Assembly: GCA_048213135.1 (NCBI GenBank)
Contig: PS015546.1
Coordinates: 6,740 to 50,988 of the forward strand
Length of the DNA stretch: 44,249 bases
Reading direction: 5' to 3'
Origin: Reclinomonas americana ATCC 50394
Taxonomy: Eukaryota
This document shows positions 38,210 to 44,249 of this stretch, piece by piece; position 1 is the stretch's first letter; each line of letters starts with the position of its first letter. The notes below the pieces were generated by a model, which worked only from the letters and a program-made list of their open reading frames with translations, did not search any database and was not told the DNA's origin. Both the position numbers and the translations under genes were made by a program.

Positions 38210-38730
38210 TCTGTCGCTGGTGATGCAGAGAGTCAGAAGTAATGGAGAGGGGAGGCTGGCAGTACACGTTTTCTGGTGATGCAGCTGGTCGTGAGTGAGA
38301 GCTCTCTCTCTAGATGGTGATGCAGAGAAGTTCGGAGTAGTGCTCATTTCTGTCTCTGTCCATGGTGATGCAGCTGGTCGTGAGTGAGAGGGCTCTCTCT
38401 CTCTCTCTCTCTCTAGATGGTAATGCAGAGAAGGTCGGAGCAGTGCTCATATTCTGTCTCTGTCCCTGGTAATGCAACTGTGGTCGTAAGTGGGAGGGCT
38501 CTGTCTCTGTTTGGAGAGAAAGGCAGTGACGATGAAGAGGAGGAATTCAGTGTGCGTTTTTCTTTCAGTCCATGAAGATGCAGCTGGCTGAATGAGAGGG
38601 TTCTCTCTCTCTCTCTGTGTGTCGATGTGGGCGGGAGTGATAGTGGGAGGTACTCATGTGTCCATGGTGACGACGTCCGTCGTGAGTGAGAGGGCTGCAG
38701 AGACAAGGAAGGGTGATGCAGAGAAGAGCG
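38210..38730. repeat. Degenerate ~90-105 bp intergenic tandem array
   Basis: Unit GGTGATGCAGCTGGTCGTGAGTGAGAG..CTAGATGGTGATGCAGAGAAG..GTGCTCAT..CTGTCTCTGTCC at ~38275 and ~38363, with partial copies at ~38468, ~38571 and ~38663. Confidence 0.8.
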
Positions 38731-38938
38731 GAGGCTAGAAAGAGAGAAGAGGAGTTTCATCGTCTCCTCTTTCTTTCTCGCTCACTCAATCCTCGAGAGA
38801 CAGCATCGGCTGTGTTCACAGACATGGAGAATTCATGGCAGCGCAAGTGTGGTGGATGGACATCTTGCTCCTCTGTCACGATTACCTGCTGTTGCGTCTC
38901 TTACGATTCATTAATATCGGCCAAGCCAGCGTCTGCAC

Positions 38939-39505
38939 TCATGGAGGAGGAGGTAGCAGCGTGGGAAGAACTTGCTTCTCGAAAAATGCGGCCACCTCGT
39001 CTCTCTCCAAGAGGCCCCGCCGCTCATCGGCGTCGAGGCGCAAGTACAACTCCCGGTCATCGTCGTGGGCCGCGCCTTCGATATACGCGCACAGCGCTCG
39101 CTCAGCACGAATCCGATGACTGTCCCAGAACTGCATGGCCAGAGCGTGCTCCCTGACACGGGCCACAGCAGCCTGCGAGCGTGGATCTGTGACGCACGTT
39201 GTGAGAGGCACTCGAAAACATGCACAGATCACGATCGCTGAGCGTCGACCTGAAGCGTGATCCGGGTGCACACAGTCATCCAGCAGCTGCTCCAGTGTCA
39301 TTTTATCCCACACCGAGTCATCAACACGCGTCGTGTACAGCTCCTTCAAGCCGAACACCACGCGCGCCACATCGTCCACAATCCACCGCTCCAGGTCACG
39401 CAACATCCGCGCTCGACGTCGCCCGCAGACAACAGGCCTCAGCGAACAAAGCTCTTGCTCAACAGCAGCAAGACGCCGGTCAAAGTCGTCGCAGCGTTTC
39501 TCCAT
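38939..39505 (-). CDS. Hypothetical protein (2 exons)
   Basis: MEKRCDDFDRRLAAVEQEL...HPDHAS|DPRSQAAVARV...LLPPPP*; protein-like composition and an in-frame GT-AG intron. Confidence 0.55.
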   Translation of the reverse strand: MEKRCDDFDRRLAAVEQELCSLRPVVCGRRRARMLRDLERWIVDDVARVVFGLKELYTTRVDDSVWDKMTLEQLLDDCVHPDHASGRRSAIVICACFRVPLTTCVTDPRSQAAVARVREHALAMQFWDSHRIRAERALCAYIEGAAHDDDRELYLRLDADERRGLLERDEVAAFFEKQVLPTLLPPPP

Positions 39506-39566
39506 CACCGTAGACGTAGAAAAAGGCGGGAGCGAGCAGACTTGTCCACTGCTGCATTCCATCTTT

Positions 39567-42500
39567 ATGAAGATCATTGACCGCCTTCACCAGGCGCTCG
39601 ACGAGGGCCGCATTGTGTACTCCTTTGAGTACTTTCCTCCGGTGCGTTGTGTGCGCGTGTGAGAGAGAGAGAAGACAAGCGGAAGTGGGGGCACATGTGC
39701 ATCAGCTCATGTCGCCCCCCAAAACACACGTACTTGCACTTGCACACTCTCTCTGTCTTCTCTCCCTGTGTGTGTGTGTGTGTGTGTAGATGTGCAGGTC
39801 ATCGTGCACTTGTCCACGTGTTTTGCCACAATGCTCACTCTTCTCTCTGTGTGTGTGCAGAAAACCGATGCTGGTGTGCAGAACCTGTACGACCGCCTGC
39901 AGCGTATGAAGGAGTACAAGCCGCTCTTTGTTGACGTCACATGGGGCGCCGGAGGTAATGATCGAATTTGATTCTTTGAAATACGTGGGAGGCGGCTTTT
40001 TCTCCGCGAAAAGTTCTCACGCTCTTCTCTCTCACTTTTGTGCTGTTTTTCTCCCTTTTCTGCATCTCTTCTGCTGTTGCTCTTGCTTCTGTTCCAGTCA
40101 TCGTTCATCCTTGTCTACATCCTCTCATGTCTCTTTCTGTCTTCCGTCCCTTCGTTTGCATTTCTTGCCCTTCTCTTCATTCTCGCGCTCCTCATGCGTC
40201 CTTCACTGCTTCGCTTTCGCTCACTCTCTCCCTCTCTCCCTTGCCTCTCAAACTCCCTCTTTCTCTCCCCCCTCCGCTTATCTTGCTTTCCCTTCCCTTC
40301 TTCTTTGTCTCTCCCCTCCCTTCCCTTCCCTTCCCTTCCCTTCCCTTCCCTTCCCTTCCCTTCCCTTCCCTTCCCCCTTCTCACCCCCGTCTCTTCCCTC
40401 CCCCCAGGCTCCACCTCCACCATGACCATGGAGCTGTGCACGTCGATCCAAAACATCATCGGCATGGAGGCACAGATGCATCTGACGTGCACCAACATGC
40501 CCAAGGAGAAGATCGATCAGGCGCTCAAGCACTGCAAGGAGGTCGGCATTCGCAACATTCTGGCCCTGCGTGGAGGTCTGTTGGGCTCTGTGCCGTTTGC
40601 TGTTTGATCGACTCACTGACTCAACACGCTGCTCGCACCAGATCCACCGGCTGGTCAGGAGCGGTGGGAGGCCGTCGAGGGCGGCTTTTCACATGCTGCC
40701 GACTTGGTGCGCTACATTCGCCGCGAGTACGGCGACTTCTTTGGCATTGCCGTGGCCGGCTACCCGGAGGGACACCCCGAGTGCACCGACTACCAAGCCG
40801 ACCTGCAGCACCTGAAGGAGAAGGTCGACGCTGGCGCCGATTTCATTGTCACGCAGCTCTTCTTCGACTGCGACAAGTTCCTGCAGTTTGTGCAGGTGAG
40901 CGAAGCGTCATGGAGTGTGTTCAGTTGATGGAGTGGGATTATCGATGGACCTGTTGTGCATTCACAGTGCGACCTCGTTTCTCCAGTGTCTTTCTCCTTG
41001 GTTGCCTTCCTCTCCATCTTCCCCCCTCCGTCTTCTCCCTCCGTCTTCCCCTTCCGACTTCCCCCTCCGTCTTCCTCCTCCGTCTTCCTCCTTCCGACTT
41101 CCCCCTCCGTCTTCCTCCTCCGTCTTCCCCCTTCCGTCTTCCCCCTTCCGTCTTCCCCCTTCCGTCTTCCCCCTTCCGTCTTCCCCCCTTCCGTCTTCCC
41201 TCGTTCCGTCTTCCCCCCTCCGTCTTCCCCCTCCGTCTTCCCCCTTCCGTCTTCTCCCCTCCGTNNNNNNNNNNNNNNNNNNNNNNNNNNNNNNNNNNNN
41301 NNNNNNNNNNNNNNNNNNNNNNNNNNNNNNNNNNNNNNNNNNNNNNNNNNNNNNNNNNNNNNNNNNNNNNNNNNNNNNNNNNNNNNNNNNNNNNNNNNNN
41401 NNNNNNNNNNNNNNNNNNNNNNNNNNNNNNNNNNNNNNNNNNNNNNNNNNNNNNNNNNNNNNNNNNNNNNNNNNNNNNNNNNNNNNNNNNNNNNNNNNNN
41501 NNNNNNNNNNNNNNNNNNNNNNNNNNNNNNNNNNNNNNNNNNNNNNNNNNNNNNNNNNNNNNNNNNNNNNNNNNNNNNNNNNNNNNNNNNNNNNNNNNNN
41601 NNNNNNNNNNNNNNNNNNNNNNNNNNNNNNNNNNNNNNNNNNNNNNNNNNNNNNNNNNNNNNNNNNNNNNNNNNNNNNNNNNNNNNNNNNNNNNNNNNNT
41701 TCCGTCTTCCCCCTTCCGTCTTCTCTCCCTCCGTCTTCTCCACCTCCGTCTTCTCCCTCCGTCTTCTCTCCCTCCGTCTTCCCCCTCTGTCTTCCCCCTC
41801 CGTCTTCCCCCTCCGTCTTCCCCCTTCCGTCTTCCCCCCTCCGTCTTCCCCCTCCCCCTTTCTCTTTCTCATCCCTTCCCTTTTCTCACCCGCTTTCATC
41901 CCCCGCAGGACTGCCGCGCCCTCGGCATCCACTGCCCGATCGTCCCCGGCATCCTGCCGATTTCCAACTACCAGTCGTTCCGCCGCTTCACCCAGTTCTG
42001 CAAGACGCACATTCCGCCGCAGGTGGAGGAGGAGCTGGCCGCACTGCGCACTGTTGCGTAATCATTCTTGCACTTTTTCTTTTCTCTCTCTCTCTCCATC
42101 CGTCTCACTCTTGCGCAGGACGACGACGAGGCCGTGAAGGAGTACGGCATCAAGCTGGGCGTCCGCATGTGCCAGTACCTCATGGAGCGCGGAGTGCGCG
42201 CCCTGCACTTTTACACACTCAACTTGGAGAAGAGTGTGACCAGCATCATTGAGGGCCTGCACTTGGCGCCCTCTCGCAAGCGCTCTGTCCCATGGGAGCC
42301 GGTGAGTTGTGATGCACTCCCTTCTTTGCTGTTCTCCCCTCCCCCTCCGGCTCACCCCCTCCACGCACAGTCACAAACCCGCGATGAGGAAGTGCGCCCG
42401 ATTTTCTGGTCCAACCGACCCACCTCGTACCTGGCACGCACATCCATGTGGGACGAGTTCCCGAACGGCCGCTGGGGCGATCGTCGCTCTCCGGCCTACG

Positions 42501-43497
42501 CCGGCATGGACCACCACTATCTGTGCCAGCCGAAGATCTCGACCGCCGAGCGCCTCGCCATGTGGGGCGCGGAGCCGTCGGCGGAGGCCGACCTGCAGGA
42601 GGTTTTCATCAAGTTCATCCGCGGCCAGGTCGCCGTCCTCCCGTGGTCACTCGTGCCGATGAACGAGGAGACCAAGCTCATTTCGGAGCCACTGTTGTCA
42701 CTCAACTCGCGCGGCTTCTGGACCATCAACTCACAGGTATTTGTGTGTCGTTTTCTCTTGTGTGGCATCATCCCTTCACTCACCTCCTCGCACAGCCGTC
42801 CGTCAACGGTGTGGTGTCGACGGATCCGGCCGTCGGATGGGGCCCGGAGAACGGCTACGTGTACCAAAAGGCGTACATTGAGTTCTTCTGCTCGCCCGAC
42901 AAGTTTGAGACGCTGCGCGCACGTCTGGAGGATCGCGCTCGCTTCCCGTCACTGACCTACCAGGCGACGAACATGCGTGGCGACGTGACCCACTCCAACT
43001 GCTCCTCGGTGACAGCCGTCACGTGGGGTGTGTTCCCGGGTCGCGAAATCCTGCAGCCGACAGTCGTCGATCCCAAGTCGTTCGATGCGTGGAAGGTTTG
43101 TCTTGGTGGAGGGCGTGTGTGTGTGTGTGCGTGTGCGTGTGTGTGGAGAGAGTGAGAAGCGACTATGATGATTCCACTGTAACACGCAAGAGGTCTGACT
43201 CGGCGTAGTCTGTGCCGGTGACTGCGTACAATCCAGATCTGACGAATCTGAGTGTCGCTTCCTCTCTCTCTCTCTTTCCTCTCTTTCTATCCAGCCCTTT
43301 CAATCGCTGTGCTCATTTCCCGATACACACAGGACGAGGCCTTTGCGCTGTGGATGGACGAGTGGGGCAAGCTGTACGCCGACGACTCCTCGTCGCGCGC
43401 TCTCATTCAGCGCGTGTGCGACACGTACCTGCTGGTCAACATTGTCGACAATGACTTTGTGCGGGGCAACATTTACGCCGTGTTCGAAGACCTCTGA
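39567..43497 (+). CDS. MTHFR: Methylenetetrahydrofolate reductase (catalytic domain plus C-terminal regulatory domain)
   Basis: [136 protein letters not shown]. Confidence 0.97.
40313..40376 (+). repeat. (CTTCC)n pentanucleotide microsatellite in an MTHFR intron
   Basis: About 11-12 tandem CTTCC units. Confidence 0.9.
41016..41860 (+). repeat. (CCGTCTTCCCCCT)n ~13-14 bp minisatellite in an MTHFR intron, spanning N gap 41265-41699
   Basis: Dozens of CCGTCTTC(C/T)CCCT(T) units on both sides of the gap. Confidence 0.92.
43156..43261 (+). ncRNA. Candidate intronic box C/D snoRNA in the last MTHFR intron
   Basis: C box ATGATGA 43165-43171; D' CTGA 43195-43198; internal hairpin CGGCGTAG/CTGTGCCG; weak C'-like GTGACTG; D box CTGA 43248-43251; terminal stem GAAGCGAC/GTCGCTTC. 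Lies about 80 nt upstream of the 3' splice site (43332). Confidence 0.72.
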
Positions 43498-43667
43498 GCA
43501 CCAACACCATTAGTCCCTGTGTATGTAGAGAATTTGTTTGTTTGTTTGTTTGCGGCGGGATAAAGGAACCGATCATTGGTGGCAGCGAGTCATGCTGTGC
43601 TTCACAACGACGAATCGTTCACTCGTCGCCACGTGTTCACTTTCCTCTCCTTTTCGCATTCTACCTC

Positions 43668-44166
43668 TCAGTTGTTCTTGCCCACGCCCTGGTCGGGGAA
43701 CATATCCTCTGGCGGCGGCTTCCCGTACTTGACATAATACGCGCGCCTGCCGGGGTGCGACAACACACGATACGCCTCGGTGATCGCCATCCACCGATCA
43801 TTGCAGGCCTTGTCGCACTTGTCGCCCAGACGATCCGGATGCGCCGTCTGCGCCAGCCTATGATAGGCCTTTCGCAGCGTCTTGAAGTCACTGTGCGCCG
43901 ACACTCCCAGATCGCCCCAGTAGTCGCGCCAGCCCGACTCGGCACGCTGGAACTGGTCCATGTTGTAGCCGAGGAAGCCGAGCAGCAACACGCCACCAAC
44001 CAGCAAGAGAACGGCAGTCAAAGAGATCTTCGACGGTTTCGGCTCGCCGGTCTCTTGTGCGCGATGTCGCGTGGAGGAAGAAGAAGAGGTGGAAGCTGCA
44101 GGAACATCGTCGTGCTCGTCGCCGCCATGAGGAAGCGGGTTGAGCTCGAACTGGCCGCGGTTTTCC
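43668..44166 (-). CDS. TM-anchored protein with C-terminal DnaJ domain; 5' exon(s) beyond the window
   Basis: TM LTAVLLLVGGVLLLGFLGY followed by J-domain DYWGDLGV..LRKAYHRLAQTAHPDR..ITEAYRVLSHPGRRAYY; a pyrimidine tract and CAG acceptor lie upstream. Confidence 0.88.
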
Positions 44167-44249
44167 TGAGGGAGGGCGAGCAAAAGGAGAAGGAGAGTGC
44201 AGGAAAAGAGGAGGAGAAGAGGTGAGTGTAGTTGCGAAAGGGACAGGTA

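Noticed and set aside
37070-38730. CRISPR-like repeat/spacer appearance
   Set aside because: Eukaryotic context, degenerate repeats, microsatellite 'spacers' and no cas genes.
40040-42252. Long ORFs of 393-673 aa spanning the minisatellite and gap
   Set aside because: Artefacts of stop-free pyrimidine repeats and Ns inside MTHFR introns.
39567-43497. SAM/THF/TPP riboswitch in MTHFR introns
   Set aside because: No recognisable aptamer consensus was seen.
1-44249. Transposase/RT genes, tRNA, rRNA, or an alternative genetic code
   Set aside because: No such motifs were seen. Spliced conserved genes read normally with the standard code and end at TAA or TGA.

Overview
Gene-dense, intron-rich eukaryotic DNA, probably from a unicellular eukaryote. 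It has GC-rich exons, mostly ~60-100 bp introns with CA/GA microsatellites, and two N gaps. The ORF track fragments the genes, so all models were spliced by hand. About 15 protein genes are present. Recognisable ones are a ZZ + CPH + RBR E3 ligase, a ~19.7 kb BLTP1/KIAA1109/Csf1-type lipid-transfer gene, PEX10, a ClC-6/7-like Cl-/H+ exchanger, TIPIN/Swi3, V-ATPase subunit e, MTHFR and a partial TM + J-domain gene; the rest are hypotheticals. Highlights: (1) about 19 introns use an invariant atypical 5' splice site GTTGCGT, almost always after a non-G exon base, matching the shifted U1-pairing class that is rare in humans; (2) a cullin-less CPH-RBR ligase; (3) a candidate C/D-box snoRNA in the last MTHFR intron; (4) a protein with a HEXIM-like PxNT motif; (5) divergent gene pairs with start codons 44-144 bp apart. 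Family calls come from motif recognition by eye, not database searches.
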